A stretch of DNA of 64,000 nt from Azolla caroliniana (taxonomy: Eukaryota; Plantae; Polypodiophyta). The first letter of the stretch is position 1. Each line of letters starts with the position of its first letter. The position numbers and the translations under genes are program-made. The stretch covers positions 5,890,001 to 5,954,000 of the forward strand of contig JBHGNT010000010.1 in NCBI GenBank assembly GCA_043228905.1. Reading direction: 5' to 3'. The notes beneath the pieces were generated by a model. It saw only the letters and a program-made list of their open reading frames with translations. It searched no databases and was not told the origin of the DNA. This document shows positions 12,201 through 25,514 of the stretch, in pieces.

Positions 12201-13815
12201 GATTCTGGAAACTTTGGAACTCACGACGAGGCAACAATGAGCATCGAGAATGGCAAAATGTTGGGTCATCCAAGAAGCTACCTACCTCCTACTTAATTCA
12301 ATGAATAACTACTAAGAGCAATAAGGATTTTGAACTCGCACAACAATCAATTTCTCCTGGGATACAACCTTAGGGTTCAAGGGCCTAACTTCTGACTACA
12401 AAAAATGGTTAAAGGAAGCAAAAAAAAAGTGGTTGAAGGAAAAATAACATGATTTAGAGTTTTGAGGTTGAAGGAGTTGAATTTGGCCCTATTTCCTAAA
12501 CTCGAAACCCTAGACGCTCGACATAGGATCTAGAGAGTAAGTTCAAACACTAAAACCCTCCTTAAGGGAATTAAATGGAAATTTAGGGTTTATGGTTGAA
12601 TGATGTTATGTTTTGGTCCTGTAAAGTTTCTTTCATGGAATTAAAGAGGTTTGGGATTTGAGATTTATCTCTAAAACTGTCATGAGCAAATTAATGCAAA
12701 CAATGGACTACAAGCCGATTTCTGACCTTAAAAGTCAATTAATGGGACTTAACGCAAATTACGGAGTAGCATATAGAGAACCCCATTTAGATTTCAAATT
12801 ACACTTGCAATTAGGGTTTTTAGTTTTGAATAGTCAAGTTTTGAAATGAAGCCCTACATGAGGATAAAAGAAATCCAATATTAAGCAAAGCAAAGAAGTT
12901 TACATGAAATGGTACACCATATTACACAAGTTAAAGAGTATTTGACCAAAATTAGGAATTAGGGTTGAAAGGGGCATTTGAAAAAGATAGATATATTTTG
13001 AAAGTAGTGAGGGATTTCTCACTTTAAAGAACAAATTTAGATTTCAAATTACAATATTTTTCTTCTTTAGTGCTCAATTTGACTGAGAATAAAAAAGAAA
13101 TCTTGGTGATCTCTAAAGCTTCATGAAATGCTAGTTTGCAATGATCAATAAATTAATGTGTTGGATCTCAATTTAACAACCAATCTTTTTGTACAAGGGT
13201 CAAGAAGAAGAAGAGGAAGATAACAAACATTTGTCTAAATTTCGTTGGAGTGATTAATCGAAGACATCTCAACATTCGAAGATTTATATCCGAAAAAAAC
13301 ATCACAATTTGGAGATATATATGCTTTCAATTCTGAAATTGAAAGGCGTTGCAAGTACAAATTAGGCACCCTTTATTGACACTACCGTAACCCAAATTGC
13401 ATCACTTTTCGAGTGCCTCCAAGCCGAACAAAACCATTTCTTCTTTACTATCTCTCATTCACTCTCTACTACGTAAAAACAACGAATCCAAACAAAAAAG
13501 CTGGTACATCTTTCATTTCAGCCCGCAAAAAATGCTTATTTTTTACGCTATCATCTTCTTTCATTGCAGACATTGATTGCTCAAGGCCTAAACAATATTA
13601 TTTGTGACAAGTTAAGAGGGGGGGTGCGAGCATCCGTCGCATTCGACGCGCTCAAGGATACAAGTATTTGCTCATTCCGAGGGGTTCGGTGTGCAAGTGT
13701 ATGGGAGATCAATGCTAAAGGACATTTAGTTATTGTGTTTGGTGGCCTAAGCTCCAAGAATGAACAAATAGATGAATGACAATGTTTGGAACTTGGTAGT
13801 ATGCAAAACATTCGG

Positions 13816-14060
13816 GACAATGTGGTTCATGTGTTTGATGAATTGGATAAAGTTGAGGCCAATCCAATTTGTGTGCTTGTTGAACCAGATAACGTCTACG
13901 GAAATCCGGTTTATGCGCCTAGTGAATTGGATAACATCAAGAACAATCTGGTTTTATGCGGTCAATGAATCAGATGAGGTTGAGGATGAATCTGGTTCGT
14001 GTGATCAATGAACCAAATAAGGTCAACGAACCAGATAGTTTTGAGGAAAATCAGGATTGT
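13816..14060. repeat. Degenerate ~42-bp tandem repeat, probably part of a decayed transposon
   Basis: Recurring AATCYGGTT...TGAAYYRGATAA units. Confidence 0.5.
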
Positions 14061-14770
14061 GCGTTCGATGACGTTGTTGGCCGTGGCGCGAGGAGACTCG
14101 TCGGAAGGGAAGGAATAAATAGAACGGAACAAAAGCAGACTATAGATAGAAAGGTAAAGGGGGAAGGGAATTTACCCAAAATACCCCTGAAAATATAACA
14201 TTTCATGAAATTCCACAAAATACCCCCCCCCACCCCACCCCAAAGAAAAAAGATGTGGGGAAAAGAAACAGAGTAATGTTAATCAATCCCATTATGTATA
14301 TTAAATAAGCTTGTCCAAAATCAGAACTAGAGTTATGTATGTATGTACATATCTTGTGAATCTCTGATTAATTAAGCCATTGTCTATTAATCAGTTAATT
14401 AACTGCTTAAGAGTGAGTTGAGTTAATGAATTAATTAGTGGGATTAATAAAGTAATGAAATTTAAAAAAAAAATCTGAAACTTTGCATTATTTTGAGCTG
14501 CTTCTGTTTGGGGGAGCAGCTTTTGCTCTGTTCTTTTTTCTTTCTTTCTTCCCCTTGTATTTTTGCTCTGTTTCCCTTCTCCCCTCCCCCACCCCCAACC
14601 CCAAAACCTGTTCTTTCCTTTTGGTCTTTTGGCCATTGGAACTCTTTCCATTTACTTCAGTAAGCTTCAAACACAAGGGAACTCCCCATTCCTCTTCTTT
14701 CTTCTTTCTTTCTTCTTTCTTCTTCTTCTTCTTACCATTGATTGCATTACTCACAATTTTGACAAAGGCA

Positions 14771-17700
14771 ATGGTGCTCCTCTCCTCTCCTCAGCTCCAA
14801 CTAGAAGAGCTTCTACCGCCTCCTCGCCCCGCCATTGCGCTAGTATTGCTAATGTACTACTATACACTCTCCCTCCACCTAATTATAGCAGCATCAGGGG
14901 CCACCCCCAATTACAGCAGTGCCGCGGACATGTCCGCGCTCCTCGAGTTCGCGGCAGGAGTAAGGCAGGCCGGGCCCCGGCCCGGGACTGGAGGTGCCAG
15001 CTCAGCATCGCCAGGATGCGTCCTCTCGCTGAGCTGGACATCCAATGCCGGCGATGACCCGTGCAAGTGGTGCGGGATCTCTTGCGATGGCGACGGGGCC
15101 GTCGTGTCGGTCCAGCTGGCGGGCCTCGGCCTCCTCGGGGGCTTCCGGCCAAGCAGCCTCTCAAACCTCCGCCGCCTCTCGTTGCTCGACCTCTCCTCTA
15201 ACAACCTTTCGGGCCCGATCCCCGAGGATCTGGGCGGGCTTTCGGCCACGTTGCGCCGGCTCGACTTGTCCGGGAATGCATTCACGGGTGCCGTCCCGTT
15301 CACACTCGGCGGCCTCTCGGCCTTGATTGACCTCTCATTGGCCTCCAACCAGCTCCAAGGCCCCATCCCCTCGTCTCTCGGGGCCCTCCTCAGCCTCACC
15401 TCTCTCAATCTCTCCTCCAATTCTCTTCACAACCCCATCCCTTTGGAGCTCTCCCAAATCCAGAGCCTCCAAGTCCTCGACCTTCACGCTAATCGGCTCT
15501 CGGGTGGGATCGATCCCGTCTTCCTCGGCTTCCCTTCTCTTGTCTCTGTAGACCTTAGCGACAACGAATTGTCGGGTTTCTTGCCATGGCAACCTAATGA
15601 CACCTTGCCTCTCCTCAAGACCCTTCAATATGTGAACCTTAGCAATAACCACCTCACTGGACCCCTCGCGCCTTCCAAATTCTCCTCCATCTTCGCCGAG
15701 AAGCTCCGAGTCCTCGATATGAGCCATAATGAGCTCACCGGAGACCTTCCCGACTTTGAATACGTTATCGAACTAGTCACGCTACGGCTTAGTAACAATC
15801 TTTTCACAGGCTCTGTCCCATCCACTCTCTTGTCGGCGAATCTTGGCCTCCTCGAAGAGCTTGACATTAGTATGAACAATCTTACAGGTATAAATTTTAG
15901 AACTACTCTCTTGTATCATTCATTCTTTTAACTCTTCCAAGACTATAGGATTCTATGTCTCTTGCAAACGACTCTAGTTAACATAAGATTCTTTAACCCT
16001 TCAAGACTCTACGATTCTATGTCTCTTGTAAATGACTCTAGTTAACATATGATTTAATGCAATGCATGTTTTGAATAGTCATGATCTCCGACCCATTTTA
16101 GGAGATAAAAACAAAAAAGATGGAATCATCAGACTATTGTTTTTGTATACACTCAATTGGTTTATGTTGTTATATAATCTATAATGGTGTTATTTATAGG
16201 AGGCATTACTAGGGTGTTATCGTCATCGTTGAGGGTGCTTAATCTATCTTCGAACTCTTTGGTGGGTCCGATTCCTCAAAAGATCGGCTCATGTTCCATC
16301 ATTGACTTAAGCCATAATGGATTTGAAGGTGACCTATTATCGATGCGGTATTGGAGCGAGATGATTGAAGTGATCGATTTGAGCTCCAATAACCTCGACG
16401 GTAAACTAATCGATGATGTTTCGGGTTTCGTTCGCCTCCGAAGCTTCAATGTATCTCACAATGCACTCGTCGGATCCATACCTCTCATGTACGCGAAGAT
16501 TGCCTTTGTGGATCTTAGTTTCAATCAGCTCATCGGGTCTGTTCCCGCCTCTTTCTTCAATTCTTCGACTCTCTTGTACCTCGATCTATCGAACAATGGA
16601 TTGAACGGGAGTCTAACGATCGAGACCCCGTTCGCACCAAGTAATATCTTAACTTATTCACCATCGGTGCCTCCTCTAGTACAAAATGGGCCAATTTTTC
16701 CGCTGGTTTATATGGATTTGTCGACCAACAAGATCGAAGGGAGTATTTCGGATGGGATTGGCCAGTTTCGCAACATGAAGGTATTGGATCTGAGAAGCAA
16801 TCACATCTCAGGATCCATGCCAAAAGCCCTTTGCAACCTTACATCCTTGGAAAGGCTAGATTTATCCCTGAATGAGATGACAGGGCCTATACCAGGTGAG
16901 CTTCCAAGCACCTTGACATATCTAAGCCTCTCAAAGAATATGTTATCTGGTACTATTCCACAAGACCTCAAAAGGTTCCCAGAAGCCTCTTTCTTCCCAG
17001 GGAATGAAGGTCTAGTTTCTACATGGACATTTGCCCCTACTAGCCCACAAGCCGGACATATTATGGCGAGTTCACATGGGGGAAAACACATGTCTAGGTC
17101 GGTTAAATCCGGCATCCTCATTGGGGGGTGCACCGCGGGTGTTGCACTAGTTCTCATTGGCATTGTGCTTGTGGTCATATATCCCAAGGTTTATCAAAGG
17201 TGCCGAGACGGCTCCGGCTCCCACGAAAGCCGAAAAAGCAAAAGCATGTGGATGACTGGCCCCATCTCTCGCAATGGGTCGTCCAATCTCGGCTCCTCCA
17301 CCGTTCTACTACAAGAAGCATCCTCGGCCTTCCGGTATAAGGGCTCCGCTCCCATGGACAATGACACGATCACGATGGGAAGTGAAGACGAAACTACTAC
17401 GTATGGCATTAGTAACAATGAAGATGGTAATAACAAGCATAATGCTTCTTCTTTGGGGGCGCCTGTCCTTAAGGTGCAATCCCCTGATAGGCTTTCTGGG
17501 GACCTTCACTTCCTTGATAAGTCCCTTCGGTTTACACCCGAAGAGTTGTCACGCGCACCGGCCGAAGTGCTAGGGAGAAGTAGCAACGGGACGAGTTACA
17601 AGGCCACACTCGATAGCGGTCATGTGTTGGCCGTGAAGTGGCTTCGAGAAGGGATCACGAAGAATAAGAAGGAGTTCGCGCGTGAGGTGAAGCGGTTTGC

Positions 17701-18552
17701 GAAAATCCGGCACCCGAACTTGAACCCACTTAGAGGCTACTATTGGGGCCCACATGAACATGAGAAGTTGGTCTTGTCAGATTTTGTTAGCTCAGGGAGC
17801 TTGGCAGCATATTTTGTTAATTCAGGTAGGTTAACAAAAAAACATCACTATTTTTTGTTATTTGTTTTAAAAAAGGTGTTTTCAAACTTGTTCCCCAAAC
17901 TTGTAACCCAGATCGTGGAGCATGGCAAGTGGGTCGGACACCGGGCACAACACCCACGACAACTACTACCATCGCACTATCGTGGGAACAACGTCTTACA
18001 ATATCGGCCGACATAGCGCGAGGTTTACGCTACCTTCATGATGAGAGGCACGAGCCGCACGGTAATCTAAAAGCCTCCAATGTGCTCATTTACGTGGATG
18101 GCTCAAACAACCTTATAGCACGCCTCTCGGACTACGGGCTGCATTCGTTAATGTCCAAGCAAAGGTTAATCCCTAGCCAAAACGTGAATGTGAACGCGTT
18201 GGGATACTTGGCCCCAGAGCTCTCGTCCATACCCAAGCCCACTTTCGCAGTGGACATTTACGCATTAGGAGTGTTAATGCTCGAGCTATGGACGGGGAAA
18301 TGTGCAAGTGATATTGTCTCTGGGGAATGTGGGGTCGTGGATCTTGTAGATTGGGTTAAATCGTTGGTCTCTCAGAGGAGGGCCTTGGATTGCTTCGATC
18401 AATCGTTGTTACTCAATCATCTGCGTGATGGTTTAATTCGGCCGAAAGGCATGGATGAGATGCTTGCCTTGGCTCTCCGGTGTGTCTCCTCGCACTCCTC
18501 TGCTAGGCCCTTGATTGCTTCGATTTATGAACAAATCTCATCCTTTTGCTAA
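14771..18552 (+). CDS. LRR receptor-like (pseudo)kinase of the GHR1/SIRK1-like group; exons 14771-15887, 16200-17825, 17912-18552
   Basis: Signal peptide, LRRNT (PCKWCGISC), many LxxLDLSxNxLxGxIP repeats and a TM segment (GILIGGCTAGVALVLIGIVLVVIY). Group signature SPDRLSGDLHFLD..FTPEELSRAPAEVLGRSS.GTSYKATL. Kinase has HGNLKASN and SDYGL. Two GT-AG phase-1 introns (15888-16199, 17826-17911) join the three ORFs in frame. Confidence 0.9.
15922..16050. repeat. ~65-bp tandem duplication inside RLK intron 1
   Basis: Two copies of ...CAAGACT...GATTCTATGTCTCTTGYAAAYGACTCTAGTTAACATA. Confidence 0.8.
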
Positions 18553-18921
18553 CCTTCGATCCTCGTGCATTCAATGGGAAAAAAGCTTACATGTGTCTAC
18601 ATTGATGCCATGATCATATCATCTTTGTAATTTGTTGTAATTATGATTTTTTTGATGCTCTTCTTTGTTTTGATACCAAGCAGCAGCATCAATGCTAATG
18701 GCACTAATACGTTTCTTGATTAGGAAATGTATGTATTTTTAGCACCGATAGTTTATAGTTTCGACTTTCAATTAATGTAGTCTAGCTAGTATTATTGACC
18801 CACATTAAATTCAATGGAAGTAAGTGTGTATGTTGTTGGTATTGATTTGATCAACAATACTTTATTGGCATTCAATGCTAGCCATTTTAAAGTTCCAAAA
18901 TCCTCAAAATCCATGCTCTTG

Positions 18922-19030
18922 TTGTACATACATACATACATACATACATATGTACATATATGTATGCATGTATGTGTACATATGTATGTACGCATGCATG
19001 TCTTTGTTGTGTGTATATGCATGTAGTGAA
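18922..19030. repeat. (TACA)n/(ATGT)n low-complexity tract
   Basis: Read directly; generates the spurious HTYI/CMYV ORFs. Confidence 0.8.
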
Positions 19031-19749
19031 AGGAGTTTTTGCATCCATACCTACTATTAACTAAAGCCCCCTTCACACATTGTTTATGTTTCTTTTGCTT
19101 TTGTTTGCTTGCTTTACACTATTACCCATTCACATGGTTGGACGTTAGTCGCATGCATACAAATGCATTCACGTTGTTGTTCGATGTTACCCATATCATA
19201 TATATGCATGTGCCTGGTAGGTCCTTGTACCTTTACAATACAATGCTTGGCCTTGTCATTCACACATGTGTGCACATTGGTGAAAGAAGTGCTTATATTT
19301 TTGTACACATGTATGTATAACCACATGTAAAAATGCAAGCATGCATGCATCCAATATAATAAGACACATGTGCGTGTCATGGCTATTGGAACTTAGTACA
19401 TACACATGCATGTGTAAACATACCGGAGTGTATACACCGATTCACCCAATTTAATGAAATGCACCCTAGTGCATTTCACAAATATAGCCTTAATGACCAT
19501 TGTTGAAAGTTACTTTTAATGGATGTAAGGTAAGGTAAGTGGGAAATGGGTTATCCTTGGATTTAATTTAGGACAACTCATTAGGATTTAGAATTTGTGG
19601 TAGAATGGAAGCCCAATGAATACATTCTATGATTCTTGTAAAAAAATGTAGCTTGTCTTGCAGATCCAATGGCATACATCTTTCGATCATGAGGCATTGT
19701 TGGTTAGAGTACTAAAAATACTTACCCATCTAAAGCCATTCCTTGTCAT

Positions 19750-20282
19750 TAGCAATTGTTTAAAACCGAACTATTCAAAAAATTGAAACTTAAACAGAAC
19801 CGAACCACGAAAACCTTTAAATTGAACCTTTACAAAAAAATCAAGCTCAAACCAAACGGTTTTAGAGACTTTTAAACCTTTAAACCGTTAAAACTACAGT
19901 TTCATTGTTCAGTTTTGGTTTTCAAGTTAGGTTAAAATTCAAAATTTCACATTATCATTTTAAAAACTTTAAATTTCTCAAACTTTAAAGATTTTGCTTA
20001 AAAGATCAAAATTAGGCTTAAAATGCTAAAAAAAAATATTAAAAAAAAAGATCAAGTGTCAATCCTAAATAGTTGAACAGTTTGAAATCATTTAAACCGA
20101 AAATCGTTAAACCAATAAAGGCTTGAACCGAACTGAACTTAACCATTAAACCCCCAAACCGAATTGACCTATTTACTAAAACCTAAACCTAAACTGAACT
20201 ACCAAGATATTTAAACCGTTAAGTTGTTAAACCTTGATTTTGTAGTTTAGTTCGGTTCAAACCGAACTGTTGCCGATTACTA
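19750..20282. mobile_element. Non-autonomous hAT-like MITE (533 bp)
   Basis: 8-bp TSD CTTGTCAT at 19742-19749 and 20283-20290. Termini TAGCAAT...ATTACTA. Many AAACCGAA(C)-type subterminal repeats in both orientations. Confidence 0.8.
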
Positions 20283-21149
20283 CTTGTCATTATGTTCCTC
20301 TTGAACATTGTGCACAAGGTTCTTGTTAAATTGTAAGCATGTGCATACGAGGACATAAAGACGTCTAGACCTACATATTCATTTATAGAGTGCATATGTT
20401 CTTCATCTTCATAACTTGCCCTTGACAACATGTCTGCCACATTGTAGTACTTCTTGCCATATGCCAGACTAAGTGATTTGTTATAAGAAATGTATCATAG
20501 TATAACAACGTTGTTAAAAATTTCCATTGAGCATCTCACATTCTCATATCCAGTCTGAAAATACAATAAAAAATCCTAGTAGAAGTAGGGTATTAGATAG
20601 ATAGATAGAGACTAAGATTGTCAATGTGATATAAAAGGTAAAATATATAAACCTTTATATCTATCTTCTCTTCCAAGTGTGAAAGGGGCAACATTGTAAT
20701 CTAATAAATGAAAGAGGTAATATAAGTCAATGAAATTATAAACATTTTACACGGGTTTTTCCTCATTTTAACGCTCTCTAGAGCTAAAACTTAAGCATTT
20801 CTTTCTCTTCTTAATCGCTTTCTTAGTCTCAAGTCCTAACCCTAATTGTTAAATTAACTTAAGCATGTATTTAGCTAAGTGGACTAATAAAAGCTAGATC
20901 ATGTTGATGATTTCTCATTCCTCCGCTCTTCTAATGTGCATGGAATTGTGGTAAAGGATTTTCGTGATTAAATGTTAATGCCTTGCCTTATGAATGTGAT
21001 TAAGTCGTAGAGTAAGATTGGAGTTTCCTTTAGTAGTTAGTTTACATATTTGCACTGTGCGAGTGGTTAACAACCATTCTCAACCATCCATCCCACAAAA
21101 GGGTAGATGGTGATGTTGGAGTTCGAGACCGTCAGTGCGGAAACAAGAA

Positions 21150-21330
21150 AACACCGGGACATTTGAAACAGGCAATATGTCATATTCTCATTTTCATGAC
21201 CGGTTGAGCCGTTAAGAATTGCCTAAATTTGTCAAAATTTTATAGAAAGGTATGGGCATGCATACATCTATTCTTAAAATATGGTGGATTTCTTAAGTGT
21301 AACATTTCATGACAATAAAACCAATAGTCT
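21150..21330 (+). mobile_element. Orphan terminus of a relative of the Sola-like element
   Basis: AACACCGGGACATTTGAAACAGGCAATATGTCA matches the TIR at 25219/50220, with weak continuing similarity to the right-end interior. No partner end found. Confidence 0.7.
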
Positions 21331-21644
21331 TATATTCAGTTAGTCACGTTTTTCTACCTAATTCTTAGGTAATAATTGAAAATCCATGGAACATTAATTG
21401 GATTTATCCTCATTCTACATCTGTGAGTACATTTCTAGAGGTTCTGAATATGAAAGACATCTAAAACAAGGGGTTTTTCGGTTTAGGGTGAAACACATGA
21501 CACCTAAAATGTCGTTAGAAATTCTCGCATTCTACTCACTCTCCAATCATTACAAGAAAAATTATGATTCCAAGAAAATTGAATGGAGATTAATACGTAA
21601 ACTTGTTAATTTCTATTAAACTCGAAGTTGGACACTTATACTTT

Positions 21645-21905
21645 ATGTCTAAAGTCATACTATCTAAGATTAAGTCATACTATCTAACATTCCGAGAGAG
21701 TCTAAGATCGTAAAGTTCCTCTAATGATCTAAGATTAATTCATAGTATCTAACATTCCAAGTGAGTCTAAGATCGTAAAGTTCCTCCTACTATACTTTTT
21801 GTCTCAAGTCACACTACTATCGAAGATTCTTAGAGTGTCAAAGTTCAACAACTATAATCAAGTCAAAGTACTATTGAAGATTCCAGGAGTGACAAAGTTC
21901 AACAA
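21645..21905. repeat. Degenerate short tandem repeats (AAGTCATACTATCTAAGATT / GAGTCTAAGATCGTAAAGTTCCT), probably LTR-derived
   Basis: Multiple imperfect copies seen directly. Confidence 0.55.
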
Positions 21906-22339
21906 TTAATATGTAACTATATACATTTAGCAATGATTCAAACAATATATATACTATACTCCAAGAGAGGTAAAGGTCAAGAACAAATACAATAAAGAAT
22001 TGTAAATTTTGCCTTCCTATTGATTTTTAAACACATACACTGTAACATATGTACTAGCGATTTATGCATTTATTGAACGATTGACTCATACATGTATCCA
22101 TATAAAGCTAAAGAACAACATATGTACTTAAGAAATATACAACACAACTTACAATGACATCAAACTAGACTATATATTCGAACGAAAGAGTTAAGTAACC
22201 AAATCATTGCTTGCATTAATAAAGTCAACGAGTTCCAAATTCATCATGTTCAATTGCATTACGTCATATGCAATCAATCTATCAACAAGTCTGGAATGAC
22301 GGGCTCTTCTGAACTAGTTGGTTATTGTACAATATTTGG

Positions 22340-22730
22340 AAGCGATTCTGGAAGTCCGATTGTCATCATCCTATATGTTACAGATGATCTAGTCATTGGA
22401 GGTGAAAATCTATTCGACATCAACAATGTCAAGTCCCTCCTCTCCGGCAAATTCAAGATGACGGACATGAAGGAGCTCCATTACTTCCTTGGCATAGAGG
22501 TAATTTGAAAACTCCAGTCGTCATTATGATCTCTCAACGACACTAAATCCTTAACTTGTTATACAAGTTCAAGCTGACTGAGTGTAAGTCTATGGCAACC
22601 CCTCTCAGTCGGAACCCGAAGTTAACTGCTGACTCCGACACAGAAGTGTGTGAGCCAGCTTAGTACCGACAACTGATCGAGAGCCTCATCTATCTTAGGA
22701 TCACTCAACTGGACCTCAACTATGTTGCTT
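22340..22730 (+). pseudogene. Ty1/copia reverse transcriptase remnant
   Basis: IILYV(T)DDLVI...FKMTDMKELHYFLGIEVI followed by stops and frameshifts. Confidence 0.8.
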
Positions 22731-23186
22731 CCTCTCTCGAAGATATACTTTCGATTAGTCCCTGACTAATCGGGTCAAGGGAATCGTGGTTACGTAGGAG
22801 GGTACGCCAAGGCCGAACAAGGAGATTAACTACGAAATGGCTGGCCACAACTGATCTTATGACTTATGATTTATGAATAGGACTAGAACTCAATGTAAAT
22901 GTGAATATTGAAATGACACCGGAAATTGACATGAACATAGTATGTATTATAGAATTACTGTATATATCGATTACATGACTTCCCGCCGACAATACCGTTA
23001 CTCTCTCTCTCTCATAACAGAAAACAGATATACATATAGGTCCTTTTCTCTTGTATATCATACACATATATATTGAATCTCTCTTCTACGCCCCCTCTTG
23101 TGCTATTGCACCTTGCTTTATATAGCTTTTGTGTCCCCTCGTCGCGCTCTAACCACTCCTCTGATTTTCGGCTCCTATTCTAGGTT

Positions 23187-23665
23187 GTGTCATGAAGACA
23201 ACATTTTGGTTATCAAGAATCGAACCCATGACTTCTTGGTCTATGTGTTGAACCCTTAACCATTGTAATAACATATATGTTGTGTGATTATAATAATTAT
23301 GTTTCTAGTTATTACAAGATATTAGAATATTCTAGAACATTCTAGATTATTCTAGAACATCCTTTAATATTTCATGATTATATTTCTTATCATAAAATCT
23401 AAAATATTCTAGAACATTCTAGATTACTCCATAAGGACCTATAAATAACTGTCTATACATTCGTTTCAACTCATTCGGTTCAACACCCGTCTTTAGCCCT
23501 TAGCCTACTCATTGTAATCTTGTTTCATCATAATATAATCTCATTTCTATTTCAAGTCTTATCTCTCTCACTCTCTCTCACTCACTCTCTCTCTCTCTTT
23601 CTCACGCACACACACACACACACCCTCTCTCTTTCGCTCTCGCTCTCGCTCTCGCTCTATCTTCT
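23187..23665 (+). mobile_element. LTR-like remnant resembling the chromovirus LTR at 61184-61642
   Basis: Starts TGTCATGA, contains an antisense tRNA-like box (GAATCGAACCCATGAC), TTCTAGAA repeats, a TATAAATA and a (CT)n tract. Same layout as the minus-strand LTR at 61642-61184. Confidence 0.5.
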
Positions 23666-24506
23666 ACCCACGAGTCTCGATAGGTTGCGCGTATTTCGCT
23701 CAACTACTTTCTTCACGCTCGGGTCAATTCTTCTTTTCACACTCGCCTACTTGTTTCCTTTACACGATTCATTTCACACCTCTTGCCTTTTTGTCCCATG
23801 GCTAACACCTAGCACTCCCGTGGGACAATGCATTGCACGTCGAACCTACATGCCAAAACTTCCAAAAAATCGAAATCGAAAAATCAAAATGATAGTTAGT
23901 CGAAAAAATATTGATATGGTACACTTAGTCTTCTTCCAAAATTGCGAGGATATTCTCTGGTTGTGAGGATGCCCTGGTTTGGAGATTGACCATTTCTTCG
24001 GCCGTTGGCTCTATACTCGCAAGGGCGGCAGGTGGCTGTGTTAGTGCTGGAGGTGGCTCTTTATTTGTTAGCTTGTCATCTTGTAACTCGACCGATACAT
24101 CGAGCTGTTGATCGTAAGTTTCCGCCGTGGATATTGGAGCCGTTGCCTCCTGTTGGGGTTCTGTGGTCTGTTTAGCCACTAGCTCCGTTTTTGGTCGCTA
24201 TTGTGTCCCCTCTTCTTCTTCTTCTTCTGTTTGTGCCTGTGTTACTTCCTCGGTTACATGGGCTGTTGATGCCTGTGCGATGGCTTCTGCTTCGTTTTCA
24301 GCTAGCATGCGCGCTTGTTCGTAGCCTTCCATTTCTAACATGAGCAACATCTAATCATCGTTGAATTCCTCGAGGATGTTTTCGATTTCTGTGGTGTGCG
24401 TTCGTGCCAGGGTGCTGAATTCCTCAATGAGGTCTTTACAGAGGATCTGGATGCTGTTCTCATCCATTCTGTAGAACCTGCGACCCTCTTTTTTCCGATT
24501 TTCCAA

Positions 24507-25218
24507 TATCGTGAAGATTTCCGGCTACGGTGCGAATACTGGATGGAATGGCCAAAATTGTCGATGTGAAACATGTGCACATGTACATAAGGAAATGTAT
24601 ATAAAATAATAGGGGATATTTATCCCACATTATAACGTCCTTCCCTCCTTGGACTATAAAACGAGGGAAGGGTCTCTTGTGAAGGGGTTGCCCATTTTGA
24701 GTTAGGAGGGTATACTGTTAGATCTAAGGTATGCTAGCTTTTCTCTTCTTCTTACTTTCCTTTAGGGTTTCATTTAGGTCTTCTTCTTCGTTGTCATGTG
24801 GGTGGGGTTTCTCTTTTTGAGTGGAGTCTTGTTAGTTTCGTATACTAGGGTTCTGTGTTTCCTTTCTGTTAGGGTTGCGAGGTTCTAAGTTCTTGTACTC
24901 TGAGGGTTTCCGTTTGTAGCTCTGTGTCCTGTGCAAGACCCCACTTGCATAGGTGAGCCTGAGTGCTCCTCGACTGGCGGCTTCGAGGCAGGCAACTGTT
25001 GTGATTCTATAGGAAGGCCCATCTTCAGCGCAAGGCTTCCACTTGTGTAGGTGAGCATGAGTACTTCCCGACTGGAGCTTGCTTGTAGACGGTTGTTGTA
25101 TCTGTTCGATATTGGACTGGCTTGAAACCGGCGTTGTAATTTGTTGTTTGTATATACATTTATATGTGGTTGTGCATAAACCATGTCCTTGTCGGCGTCG
25201 TGTGTGTTTTCATTCTTA
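24507..25218 (+). mobile_element. 5' part of an old LTR of the Gag-only gypsy family, interrupted by the Sola-like element
   Basis: TATCGTGAAGATTT start and AGGGGATATTT...CTTCCCTCCTTG.CTATAAA...GGGGTTGCCYATTTTGAGT blocks match the reverse complement of LTR 37978-38652. Confidence 0.75.
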
Positions 25219-25514
25219 AACACTGGGTCATTTGAAACAGGTAATATGTCACAATTTAAGAACAATCCGTCCAAAAAAGGCACTGAGTAGGTCATTTCAC
25301 AAAAAGGATCATCGCATGCGTAAAGGGTTTTGGAAATTGAATCAAAATATATTGATTTAAACCATGTCCAAAAATTTAGGGCTTTCAAAAAATGCCCCTA
25401 ATAATTGACACGTGAAATTTACAAGAGAACGTACAAAAATTACAAAATGACTAACATTTATATTTATACATATTTGTGAATCTCCATATTGATGTAACAT
25501 ACAATATTTACATT

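Noticed and set aside
8262-14235. Mutator-like element defined by AAAATACCCC motifs near 8262-8310 and 14175-14230
   Set aside because: The motifs are in the same orientation; no TIR pair, TSD or transposase could be established.
14483-14770. N-terminal 96 aa of the 482-aa ORF
   Set aside because: TTG start in a CT/T-rich 5' UTR. ATG 14771 gives a proper signal peptide.
18792-19380. Cluster of short His/Cys/Met-rich ORFs
   Set aside because: Translation of ATGT/TACA low-complexity sequence.
21645-21905. CRISPR-like array
   Set aside because: The repeats are degenerate and abutting, without unique spacers. No cas genes; eukaryotic context.
23925-24500. Glu/Gln-rich minus-strand ORF fragments
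   Set aside because: Broken and without an identifiable domain; probably retroelement debris, but cannot be assigned.
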